From NCBI GenBank assembly GCA_046725585.1, contig JBKOYV010000160.1, forward strand, positions 2,742-66,741: 64,000 nt of DNA, written 5' to 3'. This document shows, piece by piece, positions 25,268-34,326 of the stretch. The notes under the pieces were generated by a model. It saw only the letters and a program-made list of their open reading frames with translations, did not search any database and had not been told where the DNA came from. The stretch comes from Gemmatimonadota bacterium. Lineage in GTDB: Bacteria; Gemmatimonadota; Gemmatimonadetes; Gemmatimonadales; Gemmatimonadaceae. Position 1 is the first letter of the stretch. Every line of letters begins with the position of its first letter. Position numbers and translations under genes: made by a program.

Positions 25268-25292
25268 ACGGGCCAGGTGAGAAAACGTCAAT

Positions 25293-25457
25293 GTCATCCC
25301 GGGCAGATTTTGTCATGCCGAGCCGCCATCCCTATACCGCCCGCTTCGCGGGCCCCCGCGCTCGGGATGACAAGCGAGGGATGACACCATCCGGGCCGGG
25401 ACGATGAAGATCCTTCGCTGCGCTCAGGATGACAACCTCCCGGATCCTTGTCATCAC
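25293..25457. repeat. GTCATCC..GGATGAC hairpin repeat, composite copy c
   Basis: GTCATCCCGGG..GTCATGCCGAGCC..GCTCGGGATGAC..GGGATGAC..GCGCTCAGGATGAC..GGATCCTTGTCATCAC, i.e. several half-sites. Confidence 0.7.
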
Positions 25458-25515
25458 GACGGCGGCCCCTATCAGGACCCATTGGACTCCGCCTCCGCCT
25501 CCCGCTTCCCTCTGA

Positions 25516-26466
25516 TCAGGCGGATTCGTCCGGGGCGCCGCCCGTGCGAGCAACCTGATCCACCCTGATCTTGCTCGCGTCGAAGCGCGTCGCCGACCCG
25601 ATCATCTTGTCGATCGTCTCATCGAAGTCCGCGGTCGGCTTTCGCTGGAACCGCAGCGGGTTGATGCGCGCGACCACGAACGCCTTGAGGTACGGGCTCT
25701 CGAAGCCGCGTTGCTTGAGGTTCGCGACCGCTGCGTTCACCGCCTCGTTGAGCTCCAGCAGCTTGTTCGCCCGCTCGCGTCGCGTCTCGATCGCCTTCGG
25801 CAGCCTGGAGCCGAGGAACTTGTCGCAGCGCTTGAGGACGGGGTGGAAGGCGCCGCCAGCGAACCGGCCGTTCTGCTGATAGCAGAACCCGAGCGTCACG
25901 AGGCCGGCCTCCTCGAACTCGGTGGCGAACTCGCGCTCCGGGCGCTCGTCGAGCGCGGCGAGCGCCTCGGCCAGGCGCGCCACCTCGAGCGAGCGCTCGC
26001 GGAGGTTGTGCGCCTTCTCCGTATTGAGGAGCAGGATGCGATGGGCAACTTCGACCTCGGGAACCACGAGCGCCACGATGGACTTCGCGCCGAGTTGCTT
26101 CATCGCGCCGAGCCGGTGGTACCCGTTAGGCGACCAGTATTTGCCGTCGCCCGCCGGTACGGCGATGACGGGATCGAGGAAGCGATCCAGCTTGTCGATC
26201 GCCACCGCGAGGCGTTCGACGTGCGACTCCGAGAGATCGCGCTGGAAGGGCGTGGGCTCGACGCGGTCAATGGGAAGAGAGGCGAGGATCTGCCAGTGTC
26301 CGCCGAGTGGATCGCGGTAGCTCGCGAGCGCAGAGCCGCCATCATCCTCGATGGTCCGCGCGAGCGTCATGACGCTGGTTGGCGCTGCGGCGCTGGCGAG
26401 GCGGCGGGCATCGAGCCCGCGCGAGGCGGGTTCGACCTCGGGTTTCTTCTTCTTTGCACGCGGCAT
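25516..26466 (-). CDS. ParB N-terminal (ParB/Srx-fold) domain protein, orphan
   Basis: 629-aa ORF trimmed to MPRAKKKKPE.. (316 aa). ..LPIDRVEPTPFQRDLSESHVERLAVAI.., ..SPNGYHRLGAMKQLG... No parA or second partner gene nearby. Confidence 0.7.
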   Translation of the reverse strand: MPRAKKKKPEVEPASRGLDARRLASAAAPTSVMTLARTIEDDGGSALASYRDPLGGHWQILASLPIDRVEPTPFQRDLSESHVERLAVAIDKLDRFLDPVIAVPAGDGKYWSPNGYHRLGAMKQLGAKSIVALVVPEVEVAHRILLLNTEKAHNLRERSLEVARLAEALAALDERPEREFATEFEEAGLVTLGFCYQQNGRFAGGAFHPVLKRCDKFLGSRLPKAIETRRERANKLLELNEAVNAAVANLKQRGFESPYLKAFVVARINPLRFQRKPTADFDETIDKMIGSATRFDASKIRVDQVARTGGAPDESA

Positions 26467-26567
26467 TGTCCCCAACTCCCCGCTGGATGCTTTGGAACGA
26501 AAGCAGTACGCAGAGAACCGGTGGCGCAAGGCGAGCGCCACCGGTCGGTCCCGGCCGCGACCGCGCG

Positions 26568-27224
26568 TCAGTCGTGTGAAGCGAAGCGACTCGTGGCTCG
26601 ATGCCGAGTGATGCTGACACCCGGGACGACTATGTAGCTGGTCGAGCGCACGCCGAGCGCGGACCTGTCGTGATAGACGCCGAGCTCGGGGCTCACGTCC
26701 ACGTCGGCGAACCGGAGGCGCATCCCGACGTAACCACCAGCCGTTGGCGTGTCGCGGACGGCGGATCGCGATAGCGGAAAGACCTGCATGACGCGAAGCC
26801 CGCCATAGGGCGTCACGATCCCTCCGCCGCGGCCGGAAGCCATGAGCGTCAGCTCGGTCTCGGCGTGCTCGCCCCAGTTCACGAATCCCCCGCCGGCCAT
26901 GACCGATATCGCGGCGCTCTCCGGTGCCGACGTGCCAGCGAGGCGCCGCTTGTAGGTGAAGACGGCACCGCTGTACGCCGGAATGCGAAAGCCGAGATCG
27001 GACTTGTCGTCGAGGCCGTAGCGCATCTCGAGGTCGGTACCGCGCATGGGGCTCGCGATCGAATCGCCAGAGAGGTCGATGGCGTCGGGGATGTAGTACA
27101 CGATCGCGCTTCGGGTGGACTGGCCCTGGGGAATGGTGTGCGCCGTGGACCCGACAGTGTACGGCAGGCACCCTGTCGTGAGCGCGAGCGTGAGCGCGGC
27201 GGCGGTGAGGTAACGCGGAGCCAT
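26568..27224 (-). CDS. hypothetical lipoprotein (beta-rich)
   Basis: Trimmed to MAPRYLTAAALTLALTTGC (lipobox). Alternating beta-strand-like sequence. Confidence 0.6.
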   Translation of the reverse strand: MAPRYLTAAALTLALTTGCLPYTVGSTAHTIPQGQSTRSAIVYYIPDAIDLSGDSIASPMRGTDLEMRYGLDDKSDLGFRIPAYSGAVFTYKRRLAGTSAPESAAISVMAGGGFVNWGEHAETELTLMASGRGGGIVTPYGGLRVMQVFPLSRSAVRDTPTAGGYVGMRLRFADVDVSPELGVYHDRSALGVRSTSYIVVPGVSITRHRATSRFASHD

Positions 27225-27316
27225 CGGTTCTCCGTGAAGTGTCGAGAACCAGAGTAGGCCGTCTGGCATTGCGTCGGCATACGTCGGTCGACGTAGGAAT
27301 CAGGCGGCACGATCGC

Positions 27317-27620
27317 GCTGGCTGCCTGCTGCGTGCAGCTGCTGGCTGGTAGCCGACGGCCGGCGCGCTACTGCCGCGGGCTTCGAGCTGCTGCCAATAC
27401 CCCAACGAGCCCGGTCAGGACGCCAGTCATCCCGAGCCGTCAGGCGAGGGATCCTCATCGTCCCGACGGAGAGCCCTCGATCGTGAGCCTGAGGATCCCT
27501 CGCTTCGCTCGGGATGACACGACGGCTCGAGATGACACGCGGCTCGTTGCGCTAATAGCAGCAGCTCGCAGCACGCGGCAGCAGCGCGAAGCCGTCGGCT
27601 ACCAGCGGGCAGCTGGCAGC
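27317..27620. repeat. about 300-bp nested palindrome: GCTGCC-rich arms flanking hairpin repeat copy d (27426..27536)
   Basis: The left arm 27317..27411 is approximately the reverse complement of the right arm 27541..27620 (..CTGGTAGCCGACGGC..GCTGCTGCC..AACGAGCC). The core is GTCATCCCGAGCC..GGATCC...GGATCCCTCGCTTCGCTCGGGATGAC. Confidence 0.8.
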
Positions 27621-27663
27621 TGAACCCACGCAACCTTGATGACGAATCCTGTGTCTGTAGCAT

Positions 27664-27682
27664 ATGTGGTATAACCATACAT
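27664..27682. promoter_or_regulatory. AT-rich imperfect palindrome ATGTGGTATAACCATACAT upstream of padR (candidate operator/-10 region)
   Basis: ATGT-N11-ACAT with inner GGT-ATA-ACC, 10 nt upstream of the ATG at 27693, in otherwise GC-rich DNA. Confidence 0.3.
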
Positions 27683-27692
27683 GGCTTAGGCA

Positions 27693-28025
27693 ATGCTGGA
27701 TCGCGAACTCAAGAAGGGCAGCGCGGAGCTTCTCATCCTCTCGCTCGTCGAACACGAGCCGCGACACGGCTACGAGCTGAGCAAGCTCATCGACTCGCGG
27801 TCGAAGGGCGCGATTCGGTTCCACGTCGCGTCGCTCTACCCGCTGCTCTACCGGTTGGAGAAGCGCGGCTGGATCGAGGGGCGCTGGGTCGAGAAGGCCG
27901 GCCAGCGCCGGCGACGCTACTACCGCCTCACCGCGGAGGGACGTCGCGTGCTCGCGGCGCAGCGCCGGAATTGGCGGGAGTTTGTCCAGGCCATTGCCAG
28001 GATCACGGGGGTGCAGAATGCATGA
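27693..28025 (+). CDS. PadR-family transcriptional regulator
   Basis: 110 aa. ..LLILSLVEHEPRHGYELSKLI..FHVASLYPLLYRLEKRGWIEGRW.. is a classic PadR wHTH. Confidence 0.9.
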   Translation: MLDRELKKGSAELLILSLVEHEPRHGYELSKLIDSRSKGAIRFHVASLYPLLYRLEKRGWIEGRWVEKAGQRRRRYYRLTAEGRRVLAAQRRNWREFVQAIARITGVQNA

Positions 28026-30732
28026 CGCATCGAGCGACGCCGAACGACAAGACTGGCGAGCCGAGATCGCCCGCCGCCTGACGAGCCTTCGCCTCGCACC
28101 GGAAGAGGAAGTCGATCTCGCTGACGAGCTTTCCCAGCACCTCGAGGACCGCTTCCGCGAGCTTCGCCTCCGCGGCGCGAGCGAGGCGGAGGCAAGGCGA
28201 GTTGTCCTCGAGGAGCTGGACCGCGAAGACGGGCTGGCGTCGAAGCTCCGCGACGTCGTGCATCGCGGAACACCCTCCACGCCGCTCGGCACACGGGGAC
28301 GCGGTGGGCTGGCCGGGCAGATCGCGCAGGACGTCCGCTACGCGATACGGGCCATGCGGCGGTCGCCGGGGTTCACCGCAGTCGTCGTGCTCACGCTGGC
28401 GTTAGGCATCGGGGCCGCCACCACGATCTTCAGCGTCGTGAACGGCGTTCTGCTGACGCCATTGCCGTACCGGGATCAGCGCCAGCTGGTCGTGTTCTAC
28501 GGTACGGCACCCGAGAAGCAACTTCCCTACGTTGAATTCCCGGCGGGGCTATTCGTAGCAATTCGAGAAAAAAGCCACGCCTTCACCAACATGGCGGCCT
28601 ATGAGCCAGCCGGGTTCACAGTCACCGGGACAGGCGATCCTGTTCGTATCGACGCGGCGAGTGTCTCGCTCGATTTCTTCCGCGTGTTCGGAACGCCGCC
28701 GCTCATGGGCCGGACGTTCGTCGCCGCAGAAGATACGCCCGACCAAAGCCGTGTGAGTGTGATCAGCTATGGGCTCTGGCAACGGATGTTCGGAGGCGAC
28801 TCGAGCATCCTCGGGCGCGTGATCAAGCTCAATGGCAATCCCTCCACCATCGTCGGCGTGATGCCACGCGAGTTCACAATGCCCGATCGCGCCGAGCTGT
28901 GGGTGCCGCTGCGGCTCGATCCGGCGGAATTCCATTGCTGGTGTTACGCGATGTTGGGGCGCATGAAGCCGGGCATCACCGATGATGGCGCCAGGCGTGA
29001 CCTGATCACGACGGTCGACGCGTTCGCGCTGTCGCGTCCCGACGTCTTCCCCGACGCGAAGCCCGACGATCACGCGAAGATCGTCGTCATGCCTCTCGTG
29101 AAGCGGATCGCCGGCGACATACGCACGCCACTGCTCGTGCTCATCTCGGCCGTTGGCGTAGTGCTGCTCATTGCCTGCGCCAACATTGCGAACCTGTTAC
29201 TGTCGCGCGCCTCCGCCCGCAATCGCGAGATGGCGGTCCGATGCTGCCTCGGCGCGAGCCCTCGCCGGATCGCGACGCAGTTGCTGACGGAAAGCGCGTT
29301 GTTAGCTGGAACTGGTGCTGCGTTGGGACTCGCCCTCACCGTCGTCGCGCTCAGGCTCATCAGGCGTCTGCCCGAGGGACAGATCCCGCGAGTCGAGGAA
29401 GTTCGTGTGGATCCGGTCGTGCTGCTGTTCGCGGTCGGCGTGACCGTGATCTGTGCGCTGTTGTTCGGGTTGGCGCCGGCCATTCGTGCCGCGCGTGTGG
29501 ACCTGCAAACCAACCTGAAGGACGGCGCGCGCGGTTCCTCGTCGGGCAGCTCGCGGCGCCTGAGCGATGCGTTCGTGGTGGTGCAGTTCGCCTCGTCGCT
29601 CGTGCTCCTTGCGGGATCCGGCTTGCTCCTCAAGAGCTTCCAGCGGCTCCTGTCGGTCGACCCCGGGTTCCGGGCCGAGAACGTGCTCGTAACCCGCCTG
29701 CAGCCGCCGTATCCTCGCTACGCGGACGCGCAGATGGTTCGCGCGTTCTACGACCGTCTTCTCGAGCGTGCGGCGGCGATCCCAGGCGTCCGGGCCATCG
29801 GTCTGACAACACGTGCCCCGTTCACGCGCGGAAACCCTCAGGCAAACGTGATCGTCGAGGGCAAGGAGCCAAAGCCGGGCGAGCCGATCGTCGTCTCCAA
29901 CGTTCGCAACGTCACCCCCGGGTTCTTCGAAGCCATGGGGACACCGATCCTCAAAGGCCGGTCGTTCCGTGCGACCGACGGACCGGCCGCGCCTCGGGTT
30001 GCCGTGGTGGACGAGACGTTCGCGCGACACTACTGGCCGAACGGTGAAGCACTTGGCAAGCGGATCATGGCCCAGGGTGACACGAGCGCCAGACGGTGGA
30101 TCACGATCGTCGGCGTCGTGCCTAACGTTCGCCACGCCAGCCTCGGCGAGGAGCCGAGCCTGCAGGTGTACGAGCCGTTTTTCCAAAGAACGTCGTGGAC
30201 GATGTATCTCATCGTTCGCAGCGCGCGCGAGCCGCGTTCGCTGGTGTCGTCCATCCGGTCGCAGGTCGCGGCCGTGGATCCGGAGATTCCGTTGTACGAG
30301 GTCCGGACCATGGAGGAAGCCGTGTCGACCTCCCTCTCGACTCGGCGCCTAACGAACATGCTGCTCGCGGCGTTTGCGACGGCCGCGTTCGTGCTCGCGG
30401 CGATCGGGATCTACGGCGTGATTGCGATCGGTGTTGCCGGCCGAACGCGTGAGTTCGGGGTGCGCATTGCACTCGGGGCGAAGCCGGCGGACGTCCTGCA
30501 GCTCGTTCTCCAACAGGGTGTGTGGTTGGCGGGCGCCGGGATCGCGATCGGGCTCGTCGGGGCGACGTGGGTCGTGCGGTTTCTCCGCTCGCTGCTGTTC
30601 GGCGTCAGTGTGTTCGACGTGCCCACGTTCGTTGCGGCGACCGCAGTGCTGGCCCTCGTTGCGATCGTTGCATGCTTGATCCCCGCTCGGCGCGCGACCC
30701 AGGTCGCGCCGGCAGTCGTGCTTCGCGAGTGA
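28018..30732 (+). CDS. ADOP-family permease with the N-terminal extension typical of PadR-coupled members
   Basis: ORF 27982..30732 trimmed to MHDASSDAERQDW... The ATG overlaps the PadR stop (ATGCATGA). MacB-like core plus two FtsX modules (..ACANIANLLLSRA.., ..RTREFGVRIALGA..). Confidence 0.85.
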   Translation: MHDASSDAERQDWRAEIARRLTSLRLAPEEEVDLADELSQHLEDRFRELRLRGASEAEARRVVLEELDREDGLASKLRDVVHRGTPSTPLGTRGRGGLAGQIAQDVRYAIRAMRRSPGFTAVVVLTLALGIGAATTIFSVVNGVLLTPLPYRDQRQLVVFYGTAPEKQLPYVEFPAGLFVAIREKSHAFTNMAAYEPAGFTVTGTGDPVRIDAASVSLDFFRVFGTPPLMGRTFVAAEDTPDQSRVSVISYGLWQRMFGGDSSILGRVIKLNGNPSTIVGVMPREFTMPDRAELWVPLRLDPAEFHCWCYAMLGRMKPGITDDGARRDLITTVDAFALSRPDVFPDAKPDDHAKIVVMPLVKRIAGDIRTPLLVLISAVGVVLLIACANIANLLLSRASARNREMAVRCCLGASPRRIATQLLTESALLAGTGAALGLALTVVALRLIRRLPEGQIPRVEEVRVDPVVLLFAVGVTVICALLFGLAPAIRAARVDLQTNLKDGARGSSSGSSRRLSDAFVVVQFASSLVLLAGSGLLLKSFQRLLSVDPGFRAENVLVTRLQPPYPRYADAQMVRAFYDRLLERAAAIPGVRAIGLTTRAPFTRGNPQANVIVEGKEPKPGEPIVVSNVRNVTPGFFEAMGTPILKGRSFRATDGPAAPRVAVVDETFARHYWPNGEALGKRIMAQGDTSARRWITIVGVVPNVRHASLGEEPSLQVYEPFFQRTSWTMYLIVRSAREPRSLVSSIRSQVAAVDPEIPLYEVRTMEEAVSTSLSTRRLTNMLLAAFATAAFVLAAIGIYGVIAIGVAGRTREFGVRIALGAKPADVLQLVLQQGVWLAGAGIAIGLVGATWVVRFLRSLLFGVSVFDVPTFVAATAVLALVAIVACLIPARRATQVAPAVVLRE

Positions 30733-30815
30733 CCCTGGCATCGGGGTCGGGACGCTTGAAAAGGGGAACGCGGATTTGACGGATCTTGAACGGTGATTGC
30801 CGGAGCGAGTCCAAA

Positions 30816-31187
30816 TCAGGCGGAGCCGTCAGCGGAATTCATCCAGGCGGCGCGCGTTCGTTGTCCGAGATAGGGCTCGACTCGCCGAGAGTCGATTGCC
30901 GCGAGACGACATTCGGTGGCGAGGGCTTGCACGAGATCGCGGTCGAGGAGGTCTCGCAGGACCGGATCCGCCTCGCCCAGCAGACGTTCGAGGGCGTAGA
31001 AGAACCGCGTTGTCTCCGCGACGCGACCGGTGAGGAGCAGCGACACCACGTGCGCGCGGAACGCGGCGAGAAAATCAGCGTCACTGGGCGATGAGCCGGC
31101 CGGGTAGGCTCGCCGGAGCGCGTCCCACTCCGCGGCGAACGACGGGAGCGTGCCCGCCAGCGCCGACTCGAGATATGACCGCGCCAT
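30816..31187 (-). CDS. hypothetical protein
   Basis: 123 aa, helical, with coding-like composition and no recognised motif. Confidence 0.5.
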   Translation of the reverse strand: MARSYLESALAGTLPSFAAEWDALRRAYPAGSSPSDADFLAAFRAHVVSLLLTGRVAETTRFFYALERLLGEADPVLRDLLDRDLVQALATECRLAAIDSRRVEPYLGQRTRAAWMNSADGSA

Positions 31188-31206
31188 GAGGGCGACCAGT
31201 GCGTGC

Positions 31207-32484
31207 CTAACGCTGTTTGTCGGAGTCGGGCGCGGGACGCAAGTCCAGGGTGACGGTCGCTCGCTTCAGCGAGACCGTGAACCGCGATCCTTCACCCACC
31301 GTGCTCTCGACCGTGAGATCGCCCTGCATGCCGCGCGCGAGGTCGCGACTGATCGCGAGGCCGAGTCCGGCCCCTTCCCGCGGATTGCCGAAGGTTCGAT
31401 CGAGCTGAACGAACGGCTCGAAGATCACACCGAGACGATCCGCCGGGATACCGGGACCGTTGTCCTGCACGTGCGCCAGCACGCGATCCCCCACTGCCTC
31501 GCAGCGCAGCGACACGTGCCCGCCGGGTTTCGTGAACTTCACCGCGTTCGACAACAGGTTGAGCAGGACCTGCTCGAGCTTCGACGCGTCGGCGAGCGCC
31601 GCCAGCGTGGGCGGGCACGGCTCCAGGGTGAACGTGATGTTCTTCGATCTGGCTTGCGGAGTGATCATGCTGGCGGCGGCATCCACGACGGCGCCTAACG
31701 GCACCGCCCGGATCTCGTACGTCAGCGCCCCGGCCTCGAGGCGACTGAAGTTCAGGATGTCGTTGATGAGGCTGAGCAGATGCTGCTGACTGCGCTGGAT
31801 GCGCGTGAGGTCGGCGATCTGCTCTTCAGTGACCGGACCACGCACTCCCAGCAGCAGGAGTTGCACGTAGCCCGCAATGGCGTTGAGCGGCGTTCGCAGT
31901 TCGTGCGACATCGCCGCGAGGAAGTCGGCCTTCGTGCGGTTCGCGACATCCGCCTCCCTGCGGCGCTCCTCGATCTCCTCCGCCTGGCGGTGAGAGCGCA
32001 CGAGCAGGTCCGACAGCTCGCTCGATCGCATCTCGGCTGCGCGCCGGAGTGCCTCCTCCGCGGCAATGATTCGAGCGTCTTCCACGGCCTGCAGCTCGGC
32101 CGCGCGCCGTTGCGTGAGGTCGCGGGTGACCTTCGCGAACCCCACGAGCTCACCGTCCGGCCCACGCAGGGCCGTGATCACGACGTTCGCCCAAAACTGC
32201 GTGCCGTCCTTCCGAACGCGCCACCCTTCGTCCTCGAGGCGGCCAACCGCGGTCGCGATTTCCAGCTCGATCTGTGGCTTCCGCGCCAGGAGATCTTCCG
32301 GCGGATAGAACACCGAGAAGTGTTTACCGATGATCTCCGGAGCGGTGTAGCCCTTGAATCGCTCCGCACCCGGATTCCAGCTCACGATGTACCCGTTGGG
32401 ATCGAGCGCAAAGATCGCGTAGTCTCTGACGCTCTCTACCAGCAGGCGGTAGAGCTCCGTGGTCGTGATCGAGAGTTGTGTCAC
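31207..32484 (-). CDS. PAS-domain sensor histidine kinase (cytoplasmic)
   Basis: PAS (..DYAIFALDPNGYIVSWNPGAERFKGY..), coiled linker, H-box MSHELRTPLNAIAGY, ATPase boxes NLLSNAVKFT, DNGPGIP, GAGLGLAIS. Confidence 0.9.
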   Translation of the reverse strand: MTQLSITTTELYRLLVESVRDYAIFALDPNGYIVSWNPGAERFKGYTAPEIIGKHFSVFYPPEDLLARKPQIELEIATAVGRLEDEGWRVRKDGTQFWANVVITALRGPDGELVGFAKVTRDLTQRRAAELQAVEDARIIAAEEALRRAAEMRSSELSDLLVRSHRQAEEIEERRREADVANRTKADFLAAMSHELRTPLNAIAGYVQLLLLGVRGPVTEEQIADLTRIQRSQQHLLSLINDILNFSRLEAGALTYEIRAVPLGAVVDAAASMITPQARSKNITFTLEPCPPTLAALADASKLEQVLLNLLSNAVKFTKPGGHVSLRCEAVGDRVLAHVQDNGPGIPADRLGVIFEPFVQLDRTFGNPREGAGLGLAISRDLARGMQGDLTVESTVGEGSRFTVSLKRATVTLDLRPAPDSDKQR

Positions 32485-32506
32485 TGCGGTCGGTGTGCTG
32501 TGCCGT

Positions 32507-32995
32507 TCATAACGCGAGAAGGTAGCGACATTTTCGTTCGCTTCCAGGCACGAACACGTCGCTGTCGCGCGGCACGTCGACGATGTCGATCAACTCGGCG
32601 CCGAGTCGTTCGCACGTACGACGCGACGGCCAGTTGTCCGGGTTGCAAGTTATCCAAAGCTCGTGGAACCCGTGCCGACGAGCGAGCGGCAGCACCAGTC
32701 GGCACGACCGCTCCGCAAGTCGATTGCCGCGAAACGCGGGAGATACCTCATAACCCAAATGTCCTGCGTACTGCTCGATCGTGTGGCTGGTTCCGACCCG
32801 AAATCCGAGCCGGCCCACCGGCTGCTCCACCCCGTCGAGTCGCATCGCGAACCGGTACGCGGGAACCCAACCCCGGACCGGGTTTTCCGGTTCGCGCGCA
32901 CGCAGCTCGAGCCAGAGGTCGCGATCGCGAAGGTGCCCGACCTCGTCGAGAAGCGCCGTGCTGATTATTATCGGCCGATTCGACATCGTTGCCAT
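32507..32995 (-). CDS. GNAT-family N-acetyltransferase
   Basis: ..GYEVSPAFRGNRLAERSCRLVLPLARRHGFHELWITCNPDNWPSRRTCERLGAEL... Start uncertain (ATG at 32995 or 32986; the ORF opens at 33052). Confidence 0.7.
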   Translation of the reverse strand: MATMSNRPIIISTALLDEVGHLRDRDLWLELRAREPENPVRGWVPAYRFAMRLDGVEQPVGRLGFRVGTSHTIEQYAGHLGYEVSPAFRGNRLAERSCRLVLPLARRHGFHELWITCNPDNWPSRRTCERLGAELIDIVDVPRDSDVFVPGSERKCRYLLAL

Positions 32996-33113
32996 ACGCT
33001 CGCTCGCGGCGCCGGTGGCGCGACGTCCTTGCGAAAGATACGAGTTGGGCATCCGCAGCGCCTCGTCGGTATGACGATGCGATCACAGTCCCGGCCACTT
33101 CGACGCGGCAGAC

Positions 33114-33767
33114 TTAGCGCTGGAACTGGCCGCCCGCCAGAAACGTGAAGATCTGCGCGAGCACATCCGGGGCCCACATGATGAAGGTGTGTGCCCGGTC
33201 GACGATGACGCGGTCGCGCATCCCCTCGAGCTGCGTGCTCTCGACGGTCACCTTCCCGTCGCTTTCGGCGCCGAGGACGCGGCCGAAAAATGGGTTAGTG
33301 CTCCGGCGGCCGGCGATGATGCCCACCTCGAATGGCGGCGGAGGAAGGCGCCTCGGTACGCTGTCGTCGCTCGTGCCGATCTGCTGACCGGCTGGTCCGG
33401 TTGCCAGTCGGTAGACGCGAAGGTCACGGAGGCGATCGGCGAGCTCGCTACCGTGGTTAGGCGGCGCGAGCATGACGACCCGGCGGATGGCCTCGGGCGG
33501 AAGGATACCGGCGGCGACGGCTGCGCGGAGGACGATGCCTCCCATGGAATGCGTCACGACATCGACTGCGCCGTCGCCCGCGATGTGGCGCACGCGGTGG
33601 GCGACATCTTCGGCGAGCTCTTCGATTGGTGCGCTGCGCGACGGGTAGCCGAGGTTGTGGACCTGGTACCCGCGCCGCATTGCCTCGCGAGCGACGGGCC
33701 AGAGCGACCAGCGCGTGCGGCCGAGGCCGTGGAGGAGGACGAGGGAGCCAGTCGGGGCGAGAGTCAT
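33114..33767 (-). CDS. alpha/beta-fold hydrolase (esterase/lipase-like)
   Basis: ..LVLLHGLGRT.. and nucleophile elbow ..VTHSMGG... Confidence 0.8.
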   Translation of the reverse strand: MTLAPTGSLVLLHGLGRTRWSLWPVAREAMRRGYQVHNLGYPSRSAPIEELAEDVAHRVRHIAGDGAVDVVTHSMGGIVLRAAVAAGILPPEAIRRVVMLAPPNHGSELADRLRDLRVYRLATGPAGQQIGTSDDSVPRRLPPPPFEVGIIAGRRSTNPFFGRVLGAESDGKVTVESTQLEGMRDRVIVDRAHTFIMWAPDVLAQIFTFLAGGQFQR

Positions 33768-33790
33768 CCAGGCAAAAACTAGCAGTCGTT

Positions 33791-33883
33791 GTCATCCTGA
33801 GGCGTCAGCCGAAGGATCCTCATCGTCCCGGCAGGCTCTCTGCCAGGAACCCGAAGATCCCTCGCCTGACGGCTCGGGATGAC
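33791..33883. repeat. GTCATCC..GGATGAC hairpin repeat, copy e
   Basis: GTCATCCTGAGGCGTCAGCCGAAGGATCCTCATCGTCCCGG...GATCCCTCGCCTGACGGCTCGGGATGAC. Confidence 0.8.
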
Positions 33884-33890
33884 ACACCGG

Positions 33891-34007
33891 CTAGTACCCC
33901 GGGTTTTGTGTGAGTCCGGGCGAGACGATGATCTCACGCGTCGGAATCGGGACCGAACCCACGAACGCGACGAACGCGACGCACCGTAATAGACGTGCGA
34001 CGTACAT
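33891..34007 (-). CDS. candidate small ORF (38 aa) with a strong Shine-Dalgarno
   Basis: GGAGGACTC-ATG. Product MYVARLLRCVAFVAFVGSVPIPTREIIVSPGLTQNPGY. Locally lower G+C, with an internal 9-nt direct repeat (VAF VAF). Confidence 0.3.
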   Translation of the reverse strand: MYVARLLRCVAFVAFVGSVPIPTREIIVSPGLTQNPGY

Positions 34008-34326
34008 GAGTCCTCCATGGTTAGGCAGGCAGGGCTGACCCTTGTCGTGGGTCGCCGACGAGAAGGAGGGAAGCTGCTGGATGACGCGCGTTATGTTCGG
34101 GGGGCACCTGTGGTTGGTCAAGGAGGACCAGACCACTTTCACTCGCTCCGAACAGGGCGACTCGCTAGGCGTTAGGCGCTCAGCACCTGAGATGTACTGA
34201 CGTCAGACCACCAGACACAGTGAGGCAGCACGCACGATGGCGTGATGAGACGCGTTCCGTACGCCGACCGTGTGAATTGGTCGGCGCGCCCGCATCGGCA
34301 TCGCGGTGGGGATGGTCTGAAGGTCC

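Noticed and set aside
25516-26466. ParB-like gene as part of a plasmid or chromosome partition locus
   Set aside because: There is no parA/Walker ATPase neighbour, no repeated parS-like palindromes, and there are no replication genes. The surrounding genes look chromosomal.
26467-27405. N-terminal 313 aa of the 629-aa ORF 25516..27405
   Set aside because: This part overlaps the lipoprotein gene (26568..27224) in another frame and is Arg/Pro-rich. The ParB-like domain begins after the internal ATG at 26466 (MPRAKKKK), so the CDS was trimmed there.
33779-34018. 79-aa minus-strand ORF (and similar ORFs 27427..27693 and 62293..62490)
   Set aside because: They read straight through the GTCATCC hairpin repeats and heptad arrays (products such as ..VIPSRQARDL.. 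and ..GRREAGGGRREAKAG..), so they are repeat-derived artefacts.
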